Shown here: positions 24,895 to 37,849 of the stretch, one piece after another | How positions within the stretch are numbered: position 1 is the stretch's first letter | Layout: each line of letters starts with the position of its first letter | DNA from: Fimicolochytrium jonesii | Lineage: Eukaryota | Direction: 5' to 3' | NCBI RefSeq assembly: GCF_025526975.1 | Contig: NW_026515670.1 | Span: 1,674,001-1,738,000, forward strand | Length of the DNA stretch: 64,000 nucleotides | Notes under the pieces: model-generated | What the model was told of the DNA's origin: nothing | Seen by the model: the letters and a program-made list of their open reading frames with translations, nothing else | The model's database searches: none | Program-made: the position numbers and the translations under genes

Positions 24895-25284
24895 GATGCG
24901 CGCCGGGTTGTCCCGAGTCGCGGTGTTCTTCCCCTGGTCAGAGTGGTCAGATAGCAACCTCGCTCAGACCTCGCTCGCGGACGAAGGACAAGTTACAGGG
25001 TCAGCAGGTACAGTGCGTGCAAGCTTGCAAACTCTCGGTTCTGCGCCCCGCTTGCCAGTGTGCCCTGTTTCCGCTTTTCCTCACGAGGCTGTTGTTACTC
25101 CCTCCTTGGAGCGTACTGACTGAGCTCCTCAGACTCTGAATACTTCCGCCATCTTAGTACCGGAATAACCCCAGGGATCTTGGCAGTGCGTGCCTTGTTT
25201 TCCCACGACTTTTCGTGCAAAAACCCCTTGGCATCACCCCCACATACCCCATAGCACACGCCCTAGCCCACGCTCCCTTACACC

Positions 25285-27471
25285 ATGGTCCTCGCACGCC
25301 TCTGCTCCGCCCGGCCACGCCTGATGAGCAGGCAGGCCTTCTTCATCCCCGTCCGCTTCTCCCCACAATATCCCGTCGTCGCCCGCTCATTCTCCGGCAC
25401 CCTCCGCCCCCGCCGCGCCTCCGCTCTCGACGACGAAACCCTCGCCGTCCTCAATGCCGAACGAGTAGCCGAAGAAGTTGATGTATGCATCGTCGGTGGC
25501 GGGCCCGCGGGTCTCAGCGCCGCCATCCGCCTAAAGCAGCGCGCAGCCGCTGAAGGCAAAGAACTGAACGTGCTGTTAGTCGAAAAGGGCAGCGAAATCG
25601 GGTCGCATATCCTTTCTGGCGCAGTGATTGAACCCCGGGCGCTGAATGAGCTGATCCCAGATTGGAAGGAGAAAGGCGCCCCGTTGATTACGGAGGCGAA
25701 GAAGGACCGGATGCTGTTTTTGACCGAGAACAACTCGATTCCGATTCCGCATCCGCCGCAGATGAACAATAAGGGGAACTATATTGTATCGCTGTCGAAT
25801 TTCACGAGGTGGCTGGGCGAACAGGCTGAGGAGTTGGGCGTGGATGTTTACCCGAGCTTTGCTGCTAGCGAGGTAGGGACCGACTGAAATGCATTGACAT
25901 CATAAAGATCACACAAGTTGATATCTTTCTCCGTTCTGCGCAGGTCCTGTACAACGAAGACGGCTCAGTGAAAGGAATCGCGACGAACGATGTTGGTATT
26001 GGCAAGGACGGTCGGCCAAAGGACAACTTTGAGCGTGGAATGGAGATCCACGCAAAGGTCACATTGTTCGCGGAGGGTTGCCATGGACATTTGACAAAGA
26101 AGGTGGCAAAGAAGTTTGATCTGCGCAAGAACTCTCAGCCACAGACGTATGCGTTGGGTGTTAAGGAGGTGTGTTGCGCGCGCGTGTGTTTCTGTCAAAG
26201 ATGGCATCAATCGAAGACTGACGCGAATACCTCTCACTAGGTCTGGGAAGTACCCGACGAAAAGTTCGAACCCGGCCTTATTGTCCACACCCTCGGCTGG
26301 CCCATGGACTACAAAACCTACGGGGGTTCCTTCCTCTACCACTTCGAGGACAACAAAATTGCCCTCGGCCTCGTTGTCGCTCTCGACTACGAGAACCCAA
26401 CTCTGAGCCCATACAAGGAGTTCCAGCGGTATAAGCAGCACCCGGCAATTCGAAAGTACCTCGAGGGTGGGAAGGTGCTCAGTTACGGTGCACGTGCGTT
26501 GAATGAGGGAGGGCTACAGAGTATACCGAAGCTCGTCTTCCCTGGTGGTGCTTTGATTGGATGTACCGCTGGGTTCTTGAACGTGCCCAAAATCAAGGGG
26601 ACGCACACTGCTATGAAGAGTGGTATGTTCTTACTCGATTCGCAACGCGATGCATGGTGGAACAACGCCTCTAACTCGCATTCAACCCCATCAGGCATGC
26701 TCGCCGCAGACGCCGCCTTCGAAGCCCTCTCCGAAGAAAAGCCCGGCCCACTCACCCTCGACTCCTACGAAACCTCCATCCAAAACTCCTGGGTTTACAA
26801 AGAACTTAAAGAAGTCCGCAACGTCCGCCCCTCCTTCCACAACCCCCTAGGTCTCTGGGGCGGAATCGCATACTCCGGCCTCGACACCCTCATCCTCAAA
26901 GGCCGTACGCCCTGGACGTTCAACCACCCGAAACCGGACTGGGCGACCCTGAAGCCGTTGAAGGATGTGAAGCCCATCGAGTACCCGAAACCGGACGGCG
27001 TGATTAGCTTTGACCTGCTGGAGAGCGTGAGCAGGACCGGGACGAACCATGAGGAGAACCAGCCGGTGCATCTGAGGTTGCAGCGGGGGCCTGCGGATCA
27101 GTTGGAGAAGAATTATCCGGTGTTTGGGGGGCCTGAACAGAAGTTCTGTCCAGGTATGCGGGTTTATTTGCCACTGCGTTGATATAGCCGAGTCTAGCAG
27201 CTGACAAATGCTTGATCCGTTCTCCAGCTGGAGTGTACGAATACCTAGACGACGAAGCCAACCCCGGCCAGAAACGGTTCCAGATCAACGCCCAGAACTG
27301 CATCCACTGCAAGACGTGCGATATCAAGGATCCAAGCCAGAACATTGATTGGACAGGTTCGTTCTGCTCTGCGTCGTTTGTGAATTATGTTTGGAATGGA
27401 AACCTCACCAGCCTTTTCGGTTGCAAACAGTTCCGGAGGGTGGAGGTGGTCCCAAGTACGCGTACACTTGA
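25285..27471 (+). CDS. CIR2: Electron-transfer flavoprotein-ubiquinone oxidoreductase; multi-exon
   Basis: [86 protein letters not shown]. Confidence 0.97.
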
Positions 27472-27709
27472 GCGGGTGTATATTGCTGTCCAGTCGTCAT
27501 CTGTACTTGATTTCTCCATGCGTCTGTCTCTTTGATAATACAGTACATTCTGCATTTGCCGTAAACCTAGCCGTTCCATTGCATGCATTCCTCAGTGGTG
27601 TATTTAGTCTCAAAATAATCCATTCAAAACGTGTATATTGTACAAAAAGGTGTGAAGAGAGAGTGTCTATATCAAATCGGAAGGTATCGATCGAACGGCA
27701 GATACCGAA

Positions 27710-28837
27710 TCAATGCGCATGCCCGCCAAACCACTCGTTAACCGCCTCCAACGCCCCAAAGCACACCACCATGCCTCCAAAGAACGCGCTAGTCGCAATC
27801 GTTTTCCCCGAATACCTAATCGCCGTCGGCTGCAGCTCATGAATCGATATACACGCCATGATCCCGCCCACTCCCGCCAAACACCTACTCAGCAGCTGAG
27901 GGGACAAGTAACCATGCAACAACCAACCCCCCGCCACAACGCCCAACGGTTCCGCCAGCCCGTTGAGCAACGTCCACCACAGCACGGAGGTGGTGTTGCC
28001 TGTTGCGGCGTAGAGGGGCACGGCGACGGCCATGCCTTCCGGAATGTTGTGAATGAGGATCGCGACTGCGAGTTGGGTGCCGAGGCGGAGGTCGGAGAGG
28101 GCCGCGAGGTAGACGCCGAGGCCTTCGGGGAGGTTGTGCATGGCGAGCGCGACAAAGGTGATGAGGGAGGAACGGAGGAGGTCGCGGCGCTCTTTTGCTG
28201 ATAGAGCTGGTTCTGCGGTTGTTGTCGTTGTTGAAGAGTCGGTTTTCTCGCCCTTGCTGTTGACGTTGTTCTTCCCACCTTTCTTCCCCTTCGGCGAACC
28301 CTTCACCGTCTTCTCATGCTCATGATCATGTCCATCCTCCTCATCATGGTCATGCGAAGGCATGATAACCTCCTCCAGGACCCCAAACACCGCGACCCCC
28401 CCAAAAAACCAGAACATCGCCTCCCGACTCCCAATACTCTCCACCGCCTCAGGTATCAGATCAAAGCAGGTGATATACATCATCACACCGGCACTGAACG
28501 CCTCCAGCACACCCATCAATTTCGCCGTCGCTTTCGACCGCGGGTCCGCGCCTGTCGCTTTGGCGAGGACACATACGATGATGCCGCCGAGAAAGGTGCC
28601 CATGGATGCGATCAGCGAGATGGTGAAGGCGAGGATGTATTTGTCGGAGAGGAGGGTGAGGATGTAGGGCGGGAGGTAAGGTGTCAGGGCGTCGAGAAGG
28701 ACGCCTTGTAAAGCGGTTTCGTTGGAGCCTGTCATGTCGTGTGGGTCCTGGTGGTGATGGTGGTGGCCGTGGTGGTTATGCCCGTGGGAATGGGGCTCGG
28801 GGCTATGGCCGTGAGCGTGCTTTCCTATGCCACACAT
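27710..28837 (-). CDS. ZIP-family (ZupT/ZIP11-like) metal transporter, His-rich
   Basis: FSAGVM, HNLPEG, AILIHNIPEGMAVAVP, GLAEPLG; His-rich N-terminus and loop. Confidence 0.93.
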   Translation of the reverse strand: MCGIGKHAHGHSPEPHSHGHNHHGHHHHHQDPHDMTGSNETALQGVLLDALTPYLPPYILTLLSDKYILAFTISLIASMGTFLGGIIVCVLAKATGADPRSKATAKLMGVLEAFSAGVMMYITCFDLIPEAVESIGSREAMFWFFGGVAVFGVLEEVIMPSHDHDEEDGHDHEHEKTVKGSPKGKKGGKNNVNSKGEKTDSSTTTTTAEPALSAKERRDLLRSSLITFVALAMHNLPEGLGVYLAALSDLRLGTQLAVAILIHNIPEGMAVAVPLYAATGNTTSVLWWTLLNGLAEPLGVVAGGWLLHGYLSPQLLSRCLAGVGGIMACISIHELQPTAIRYSGKTIATSAFFGGMVVCFGALEAVNEWFGGHAH

Positions 28838-29495
28838 AATGTCAATGATCTTTCTGCGTAGGTGTGCCAGGAGGTGTGAAGTGGCGAGAAAACGAATGAA
28901 AGACGAACGAAAGAGGGCGCCGGTTGGTCGTAAATATGGACGCCGGATTATTTCAAGCTCTATGGAGGGACCCCAGCAAGCGTGGGACTCACGCTGCTAT
29001 CTATCTATATATATATATGTCCGCGACAGGGGGATGGAGAGCGAATGGAGTGGAATGGGGAGGACCTGAGCAGACGACAGAGCTCACCTCGTCAAAGCAA
29101 AAAGCCGAGATCCTGCACCGGCCCGGCACCCGCAGGACCGTGATATCTATCCGCTGGTGGTTGCCAGTTCCCGGACAGCGCCGACACAAAAAAGCTGAGG
29201 ACAGGTGGCAAATTTTGCGAGTTTCCAAAGGTTCCACAGCAGAAAAAGTCGAAATGGCTTCACAGGGGCTCGTCGGGCAGATCGGTGGACCGCAAGCCGA
29301 GAACCGAGACGTGGGTGTACCGGGTTCCAAAAACTCTGATCATCAGCAGTTATGTCAGACGTTGCTGTACTGTACGTGATTGGCTGGCCAGAAACTTGGA
29401 ACTGCATTTCACTCAGAGGGGTGTGATTGGCTGGCTGGCTAGATGTGCTGTCTGCATGGAGGCGCGTTGATTGGCCAGATATTCTGCTGCGAGGT

Positions 29496-29505
29496 GTTAG
29501 GGTTA
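29496..29505 (+). repeat. Short telomere-like tract GTTAGGGTTA upstream of MBF1
   Basis: Read directly; short enough to be chance or a Tbf1-type site. Confidence 0.4.
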
Positions 29506-29683
29506 CCGCGGTGTTTTGCGCATTCCACGGGCATCCGTAATCTATTTCGCAGCCTCGCAACCAGGCATCACCGCAACTTGCACACACAAACACAGCATAG
29601 ATCATCGCTCTATCCACCCCCTCGCAGACACAACAAACACCCCACTCTCTTTCAACTCACCCCCAAACCTTTTCACCACAAAA

Positions 29684-30413
29684 ATGAGCTCCTGGGACGA
29701 CGTCACCGTGATCCGCAAGCGGCCAGAAACCTCCAAGGCCCTCAAATCCACCTCCGCCGTCAACTCCGCCCTGCGAACAGGCGGGACCGTTACTTCGGAA
29801 AAGAAGGGCACACCGGTCAACTTGAATAAGGCGGGCATTGATGCTGGAAAGGCTGCGAAGATTGATAACGAGACTGAGGTAAGGGTTCGAGAAGAGGGTG
29901 GTTGGGTGGGGGATTTGTGAGCCGAATGATCTGAAGGTTGAGGGTGGGGGTTGCGGGCGATCGCCATGTGCGGGTGCGGCGAACTTTTATCGAGCGGTAG
30001 CGAGACCGGTGCTTAAGGAGTGGTCGAGGGATGGGTCCTGGAGTCAGGAGATTGCTTCAGGATTACGGCGCAAGCCATGAATGCCGGAGAGACTCGGTGT
30101 CGCCTCCATATCCACTTCTTCGTCAAAGTTTCTAATCAACCACTCTCCCTCTTCTCTCCAGGACTTCACAGTAGAACGCGTGGGCCTCGGCCTCGCCAAA
30201 GCGATCCAACAAGCACGCCAAGCCAAGAACCTCACGCAAAAGGACCTGGCCACAAAGATCAACGAGAAAGCCACCATCATCAACGAGTACGAGACCGGCC
30301 GCGCGGCCAACCCCAACCAGCAGATCCTCGGCAAGATGGAGCGCGTGCTGGGTGTTAAGCTGAGGGGGAAGGATATTGGGCAGCCGGTGGGTGGGCCGAA
30401 GCCGAAGAAGTAG
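29684..30413 (+). CDS. MBF1: Multiprotein bridging factor 1, 2 exons
   Basis: [13 protein letters not shown]...; [23 protein letters not shown]...[25 protein letters not shown]. Confidence 0.96.
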
Positions 30414-31220
30414 ATGAATGGTCGTAATGTGATGAGGGGGGACTGGGGTAGGGGTAGGGAATGGGAGCGGGGGGCAAGAGAAGGACCCCAGGGAATACTG
30501 AGAAATGAGCGAAATTGAGCTGCGCTCTGCAGTGCTCGGCATGCCCAAGCACCGGACCGGATGCGGATAATCTGGCACAAATATCAGGATGAAAGGCAAC
30601 CAAAAAGACGATCCCCTCATCGCTCACCCACCCGCGCATCCTCCCTCTTTCCGCCCACCGACGAACCATTCAAAATCCGCATGTATAGACACACCTCCCT
30701 ACCATGTTCATAATTATGTCCTTCTGACCTGCGTCTCATATTGTCCCAGTGTTGGTATTTCCAGTGGACCTGATTCCGTTTCGTTTTTGGATGTTGGCCG
30801 TTACAACAGAACATGCGGGGGCGGGATGGTTCGACAACCCTTGCTTGATTCAAGTCAAGGCAAACGAGACGGAACGGCACAACGTCTCGAAACGAAGCAC
30901 CCTCAAAAGCAAGCCCTATGGGTGGCATCATGCATGGGTTTAGTCTTTGTACAGTACACAGGTGATGACGAAATAATTGAATGGAGAACGCGTGGCAAAG
31001 GGAAGTCGGACGGAGGGGACGGAGGGCAATGACGAGCGGCACCTCAAGCCTCGCCTTTGGAAAGTTCCCACGGCATCCCACCACCACCACCACCACAACC
31101 ACCATACGGTCGGTATAAACAACCCCAGCAACGACCCAACTCTCGTTCCTGCCTGCCGCCTACGCTCTCCCCCCATCTCTCAGCCTTTCGAAACCAGCCA
31201 CGCAAACACCCTCGCGCGCC

Positions 31221-32687
31221 ATGTCCGCCCAACAGCCCGTCGTCCGCCTTGCATGCAAAAGCCAGTCCTACGACTGGGGCAAGCTCGGGTCAGAGAGCAC
31301 CGTCGCTAAGCTTGCGTCCGCGACCCCGGGATTCGAGGTGAAGAACGATACGCCGTATGCCGAGGTATGTTTCCCATCGTACATGCAGACCTGCGAAAGA
31401 CTCGTTTATTGACCTACGTGCTCCGCATCGTAGTTCTGGATGGGAACCCACCCCAACGGCGCCTCGGCCTCCGTCGACAGCAACACTCCACTCAAATCGC
31501 TACTGAACGAATCAAACCTCGGCGCAAAGCTCCACAAGGAGTACAACGGCGACCTGCCTTTCCTGTTCAAGGTGCTGTCGATCAGGAAAGCGCTTTCAAT
31601 CCAGGCTCACCCGGATAAGACGCTGGCGGCGGACTTGCATAAGCGGTTCCCGGACGTTTATAAGGATCCCAATCATAAACCTGAGATGGTAGGGAACATC
31701 TGGGGAGCGGGGTGATGCGGCCTTTGTTCAAGGAAGAGTGATCCATGCTCACTATTTGCGGAATCTCTTATAGGCGGTAGCCGTCACACCCTTTGAGGCC
31801 TTCATCAACTTCCGACCGCTTGCCGACATAAAAAAGCATTTGACAGAGTTCCCCGAGTTTCGGGCACTCATCGGCGACAAAGTCGCCTCCCACTTCGAGT
31901 CTCAGGTGTCCAAATCGCCGGAAAACGTCGCCGACAACAAAGCCGCCCTCAAGGCTCTTTTCAAGCAGCTCATGGAGAGCGATCAGAGCATTATCGCGAA
32001 CCATCTCCAAGCGCTGATCAAGCGCATCAAGGCGGAAGGGAAGAAGGATGGTCTATATGAGCTTGTTGTGAGGCTCAACGACCAGTTTCCAGATGACATG
32101 GGCGTCTTTTGTGCGTTCCTGCTTAACTACGTCACCCTGAACCCCGGAGAGTCTATCTTTTTGGCAGCGAACGAGCCACACGCGTATCTATCTGGAGGTA
32201 TGTTTATTTTTGCTGCATTCATACAACTCCCATCCTCTCACAAGCAATCAACTCCATCACAGACTGCGTAGAATGCATGGCCGCCTCTGACAACGTCATC
32301 CGGTCAGGGCTGACCCCGAAATTCAAAGACGTCGACACCCTCGTCAACTGCCTCACCTACAACTACGGCCCCGCCGACGCCCAGATTCTCCGTGGCGACC
32401 CCTACAAATCCACAAAACACACCACCCTTTACGACCCACCCATCGACGAATTCTCCATCCTCCGAACGAAACTCGACTCGCAAGGCGAGAAGGAGACTGT
32501 GCCGGCTATCGACGGCCCAAGTATCCTGATAGTTACGGAGGGCGAGGGGAGCGTGAAGTATCCGGGTGGCGGCAGCCAGGAGGCGAAAACGGGATATGTG
32601 CTGTTCATTGCCGCGGGGACGGAGGTGACGTTGGAGGCAAAAGGAGGAAACAAGCCGTTCACGTCGTACAGGGCGTTTTGTGTGTAG
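31221..32687 (+). CDS. PMI40: Mannose-6-phosphate isomerase; multi-exon
   Basis: QSYDWGKLG, WMGTHP, LFKVLSIRKALSIQAHPDK, DPNHKPEM, ANEPHAYLSG, MAASDNVIRSGLTPK. Confidence 0.97.
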
Positions 32688-33050
32688 ATGAGGGAGAGCT
32701 AGATCTCAATAGAAGTTATTTGGTCTTGTTATGAGTTAGTTTCAGCTGGTGAGCTTCTTTGCCCTGGGCTCTTGTGGTGGTTGATGGTGATTCCATTGGG
32801 TTGATTTTGGCGTGTTGAGCGCGAGGACGCTTTGTACGAGCCGCACGAGCCCATATCCCCCTACACATTGCCCCTACGGCATAGTCAACCAAATCGGCAT
32901 CGCCAAGGCCCGGCGAGAACAGTTTTCCAAAATTTGCAAAAGGTGTGGCAATCGTGCGCCAAATTTTGAGAAAAGACGCTCCGTTTGCGACAGCGACAAA
33001 CAACAACAACAACACAGCTCTTCAAGAAGCGCGCGGAGGATGGTAGTGGC

Positions 33051-33078
33051 GGGGGGGGGGGGGGGGGGGGGCGGGGGG
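33051..33078 (+). repeat. Poly-G tract (G21 C G6)
   Basis: Read directly; potential G-quadruplex. Confidence 0.9.
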
Positions 33079-33144
33079 CGCCGAAGTCGTCCCGTTGACT
33101 CCCCTGCAAGCTGGACGCTGCTCAGAGAGCCCCCGCCTCTCATT

Positions 33145-34254
33145 CTACCCGTCCATATCAACTTCCGTAAAATCCCCTCCTTCCATCTCGTCTCCCGCCC
33201 CAACCTCCTCCCAGTCCGCATCCTCCCCACCACTCCCCGCCTCCTCGTCCGCCCCCAACCACCTATACTTCATCTTGTCCTTATGATACTCATACGCAAA
33301 CCCGCGTCTTCCTTTCTCCTTATCCATCTCGTCCAGCCGGACGCTCTCCGGCCCCGCCACGTCCGCGAACGTTGGCCCGTGCGCTGCGTCATCGGGTGAT
33401 AGGGGTGTGGAGCCTGGGACGAGGCTGCGGAGATATTCTTGGGTAAGCACCCCTAGGGCGAGGAGGGCGGAGCGGTCGAGTGAGTAGAGCATTGTGGCGT
33501 CGGTGAGCGGGGTTGGGGCGGAGGGTGCGGCGGGGTCGAAGGTGTGTGCGGCGTATTGGTGCAGGGCGTCGAGGAGGTCGGGGGATGGCGGGACCAATCT
33601 GGCGCTTGCTGCAAGATAAAAGCAATCGTGAGTCCACAGTTGGCCGCACGGCAATACACAGACCTCCCGAGATAGCCATCCACATCCCCGAGTGAACTCA
33701 CCCTCCAAAACTGTCCTCCGCTCCTCATCCCCACCCACCTGGCCACCCACCCCCGGCAACCGCATTCCCCTCGCCTTCGGCAGCTTCCCCCAATCCCCCA
33801 CCATCTTTGCAAACGCCCGGCTTCCCCAGCCCCCAGTCCCAACCCCCATCGTATTCTTCAACCCCACCCTCCCCACCTTCCTCAACGGCCCCAGGGCCTC
33901 GGTGCGATACACCCCCGGCGTCGCATACACCGCAACCCGCCGCTTGGAGACCCATGCGCGTCCGCGCGGGTGATCATGCCGGCGGTCAATGTAGTGGGAG
34001 TAGTGGCAGGGGAGGGCGAGGGAGGTGCAGCGCGTGCAGGGGAGGGTGCCGGTGCAGATGGTGTTGGGGGTGCTGGTGGTGGTGTTGGCGCGGCAGCGGT
34101 CGCAGAAGCGGCGGCGAGTGAGGCGGGTGGTCCGGCTGGGCGATTTGGGGTTGCGTTTGCGTTTGGGGCGAGCGGGGTTGGGGGTGGACGCAGGTGCCGC
34201 GGTCGCTTCTGCTTCGGGTTTGGCTGTACTTTTTCGGACGGGTGTGGATGGCAT
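33145..34254 (-). CDS. Zn2Cys6-like cluster + Rrn10 (Pol I UAF)-like C-terminal domain protein
   Basis: CDRC..(13)..C..PCTRC..PC.Y; PSPDLLDALHQYAA...SLDRSALLALGVLTQE resembles UAF_Rrn10; may contain in-frame introns. Confidence 0.6.
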   Translation of the reverse strand: MPSTPVRKSTAKPEAEATAAPASTPNPARPKRKRNPKSPSRTTRLTRRRFCDRCRANTTTSTPNTICTGTLPCTRCTSLALPCHYSHYIDRRHDHPRGRAWVSKRRVAVYATPGVYRTEALGPLRKVGRVGLKNTMGVGTGGWGSRAFAKMVGDWGKLPKARGMRLPGVGGQVGGDEERRTVLEGEFTRGCGWLSREVCVLPCGQLWTHDCFYLAASARLVPPSPDLLDALHQYAAHTFDPAAPSAPTPLTDATMLYSLDRSALLALGVLTQEYLRSLVPGSTPLSPDDAAHGPTFADVAGPESVRLDEMDKEKGRRGFAYEYHKDKMKYRWLGADEEAGSGGEDADWEEVGAGDEMEGGDFTEVDMDG

Positions 34255-34648
34255 GGCGCCACTGTCTCCTACAGTTTTCCGTTTCTGAAGGCCTGGTTGT
34301 CTATGGTTTCCTGATTGACAATTGCTCCAGATCGCGGAAGGGCAATCCCCGTTGTGGGGAATGGGTGTGATCTCACACGGTTTGGCGCGGAGGGCATCCT
34401 GTCAGGAAAAAACTGTCAGGCGCCTCCCCTTCTCGTCCCCTCCGAAAACCAAATCCTCCTCGGCCATCCCCTCACTCGAAATAACACAACACAGAGCAAA
34501 ATGAGTATATTCGATGAGTATATATGATGGTATCTACCTACAAGGACAAATTGTCTGCCTAAACCCTAAAACCTACAATGCTACGCCGTCTCACAAAACA
34601 AAAAAAAATGAAATCTCCCTCCCAAAAGCGGTCTACCACAGTCCGCTC

Positions 34649-37022
34649 TTAATACCCCCTGGACCTCAAGGCAACAACCTTGACCGGATACTCCTTCGCA
34701 TCCGCGGTCCTATCCTCGCGCTCGACATGCAGGGCAAACTGCAGATCCTCACGCTGATCAACATAGAAAGTGGAGTAGTTCCGTCGGGGGAGGATCTTGT
34801 TCTGGCTGTCGCCGAGCGGAGTGCCGTTGACATCCTCGGCAAAAATGGGGATCATCTCGTCGACGACGGTGTCGGTGAGGTCGTAGGGGCCGGCGTTGTT
34901 GTGGAGCATTTTGATGACGACGGGTGGGGGTGGGATGTTGACTGTGGGGAAAGGGATGGAAATTGGAAAGAGGCATTGGAACGTGTCTGGCGTCTCAGGA
35001 GAAAGTTGGATAAACCTACCGATGGCGCTAGAAATGATCTGCCACATGACATTAGGATCAGTGGAGGGATCCGCAGCCTGCTGTTTGCTCCTGAACCACC
35101 CGATACCGCAGCAGTGCACGTCTCCCGAGAGGAACGTGACGCGGACGCTGTGTTCGCGGGCGTATTGTTGCAGCCTGAGCACCATTTGTTTGCGCTCTTC
35201 GGCGTGGTTGTCGTTTGTCCAGTGGTCGCAGAGGTCGTCGGCTAGTTCCGGCTCGCCAAACTGATTGCGCGGTCGGTTTCAGTATGTGCTGATTAAGCAC
35301 GCACGAGGCCTGAGGGTACGTACCACGCCCATGATGCTTTTGTAAAGACCGGTCTTTCCGACAGCCTCGCCGATACCAGCGATGGCGGAACCGGGCGAGG
35401 CAAACTCGCCAAAGACGTTGATCTTGTCACTTGCGAAGGCTAGGAAGTTGCCCAGGCCTTCAACAGCGGTCTAGATGCGGGTAACGTTGAGCGGGGTGAG
35501 TAGGCGGAAGAAAGATGGAAAAATACTCATGTGGAAAACTCACATCTGCAGTGCTCAGCCGGGGCCAGACCACCGGAATGGCAGCCATAACGATAAGATG
35601 CTTCAGCCTCGGTGTAGCAACCTTCTGCAACGCCGCAAATGCCTGGTCCCACGACTTCTGCGACGCGATAGTGTTCAACGTGCGCTCGCTACGCGTGTCG
35701 ACGCCCAACACAGCCAGACTAGGACCGAGCTGCTTGACGAAGCTGTAGCTCCCATTGACTCCAAAGACGTGGGGCTCGTCGTTGCGGCGGTTGGCGTCGG
35801 TGGTGTGCTGCTGGAAGAGGAGGTAGTAGTGTCGTGCGGTGGTGTAGATTCCTTGAAAGGTGGGGCACTCCGCGAGCCAGTCGTTGTAACTGCCCCAGCC
35901 GTCGAAGATGTCATGGTCATCCCACTGAAGGAAAGACCACGTCAATAAAGGTTCTAGGCTACGCTTCGCTATACCACGCGCAATAAAGATGGGCTCTCAC
36001 TGACTGACCTGGAAGATGTAAGGGATAGTAGCAAAGGCCTCCTTCATGTGGTCCTCCGAGAAGCACTTCATGTACTGGTTGAAGTAAAAGTTCTCAACAC
36101 TGTGCTGGATTGCCGGGTGGAAAGGGGCCGTCTTCTTTGCTTCTCGCCCTTCAATCTTTAACCATGCGAGAATCTCATCGTTGCTGGTGAAGATGGGATC
36201 CATGTAGAGTTGATCACCTCCACCAAGCATCACGTGGAATGGCTGTTCCTTGTGACGACGCAAAACATCCTTCCAGAGGGGAGCGATACCACCCGCTTCT
36301 TCGGGGTTGGTGACATCCGAGGAGAAACCATTGCATGACATTCCCATGGCACGGGCGTTCGCACCCGCAGCAGGCACATAGAAAACGTACGGCGAGCCGC
36401 TGTTGATGATATACGTCACGGCCTTGTCGCCTCCCGAGCCCAGTGGCACGACGAGATCAAAGCGGTAGAACACGTTGCCGTTGATAGTGAACAACTCTCT
36501 CATCGGCGCCTTTCTAGGGTCAGACTTGCCGTCACCATACATGAGGACTGGAGTTTCCTCGGGGCGTTTGCGGCACACGATGAGGACTGAGCCGGACCAC
36601 TGCCGTCGTTCCTGGTCGATGTCGTGGAAGCGGAGAAGTGGGCCAACGAACTCGAGAGGGGCTTTGAAAAGGGAGGCAGGGATGGCCGATGGGGCAGAGA
36701 CGTGTTGCTGAGAGTGTTGGCCGTATTTGTTACCATATTGCTGCTGACCCTCGTAGGAGACGGCCTGGTCCTCGTATCTCTTGTTGGTGGAGTAACTCTC
36801 GTTAGGGCGGCTAGCGTACGGGTTCGAAGGAACAGGGGCGTTCACGTCCAAGCGGCCCATAGCGTTGGGAAGGTCATCATCGTTGTTCGACTTCTTGTCG
36901 TTCTCATCGCCGCCGCCGCCGAACAAGCCGCCAACCCAAGAGGACAGGGTCGCTGCGACACCTCCCTCGTTGGTCTGCTGCTGCTTGATTTTCTCTTGGG
37001 CGTTGTTGTTTGTTCCGAGCAT
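34649..37022 (-). CDS. Second PhoD-like metallophosphatase domain protein; multi-exon
   Basis: SCNGFS, HVMLGGGDQLYMD, WDDHDIFDGWGSY, DDLCDHW, FLSGDVH, ISSAI. Confidence 0.9.
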
Positions 37023-37849
37023 CTTGGGTCGTGATGTGTTGTGTATGAGAGAGTGAGAATTCCCACGACGACACCTGCGGCTGCAACAGTCCCCCCGTGG
37101 CTTTTATTCTAATCCACGTCGAACTTCTGACCGAGTCGTTTTCGGAGGAGCGTACTGTACATATGGCTGCGCGGTGAGTACTGTACAGCACATGTGAACA
37201 GTTGATGAAGTTGAAGTCATATTGGATCCCCGGAGCGAGCCTCCCCTTTTGGAAGTGGATGGAACATGAAACTGGCAACTCACAGAACTGATGCAAAGGT
37301 GACGGTTGGCTGTGGGTGCCACTGGGTGGTCCGAGTTGTGCGCATGGAGTTGTGCGCATGGATGGAGTTGTGCGTTGGCGGCAGGGCGTTGGCGGCCACC
37401 AAAACAGCGCCTCACCTCACGAAAAGGAAGCTGTCAAATTTCCATCACTGACAAAGCGGCCAAAACTGACATTGTTGCCTCTTCCACCTTTTCCCCCATG
37501 TGCCCCATTTTACCCCGCAAAATAGTAATCGGTCACCCTTTCTTGTCGCCCAAACCAACGCACATGCGATGAAGGCTTGTAAAAAGTGCATAAGCGATGA
37601 GTTCCGTGCGGCGCCGGCGTCTCAGCTCAGAAAACTACGAATACCCTCCTCGAGTACAGTCCTCAGAACCTTTTTCTTGGGGACATATAAGCAGCATCAT
37701 TCTCCACCACTATGTAGAAGCGCTACGTAGAAGCAACACCCAAACCAACATCGAACAAAGCACAATATTGCATCCTCCAATCCGCCCATCGACGCCCATA
37801 GACGCCTCTTCCATCCTTGATTTCCCTCTCAAATACCTACGACATCAAC

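Noticed and set aside
24930..24960. tRNA or SINE (A-box-like TGGTCAGAGTGG)
   Set aside because: No B-box or cloverleaf could be built
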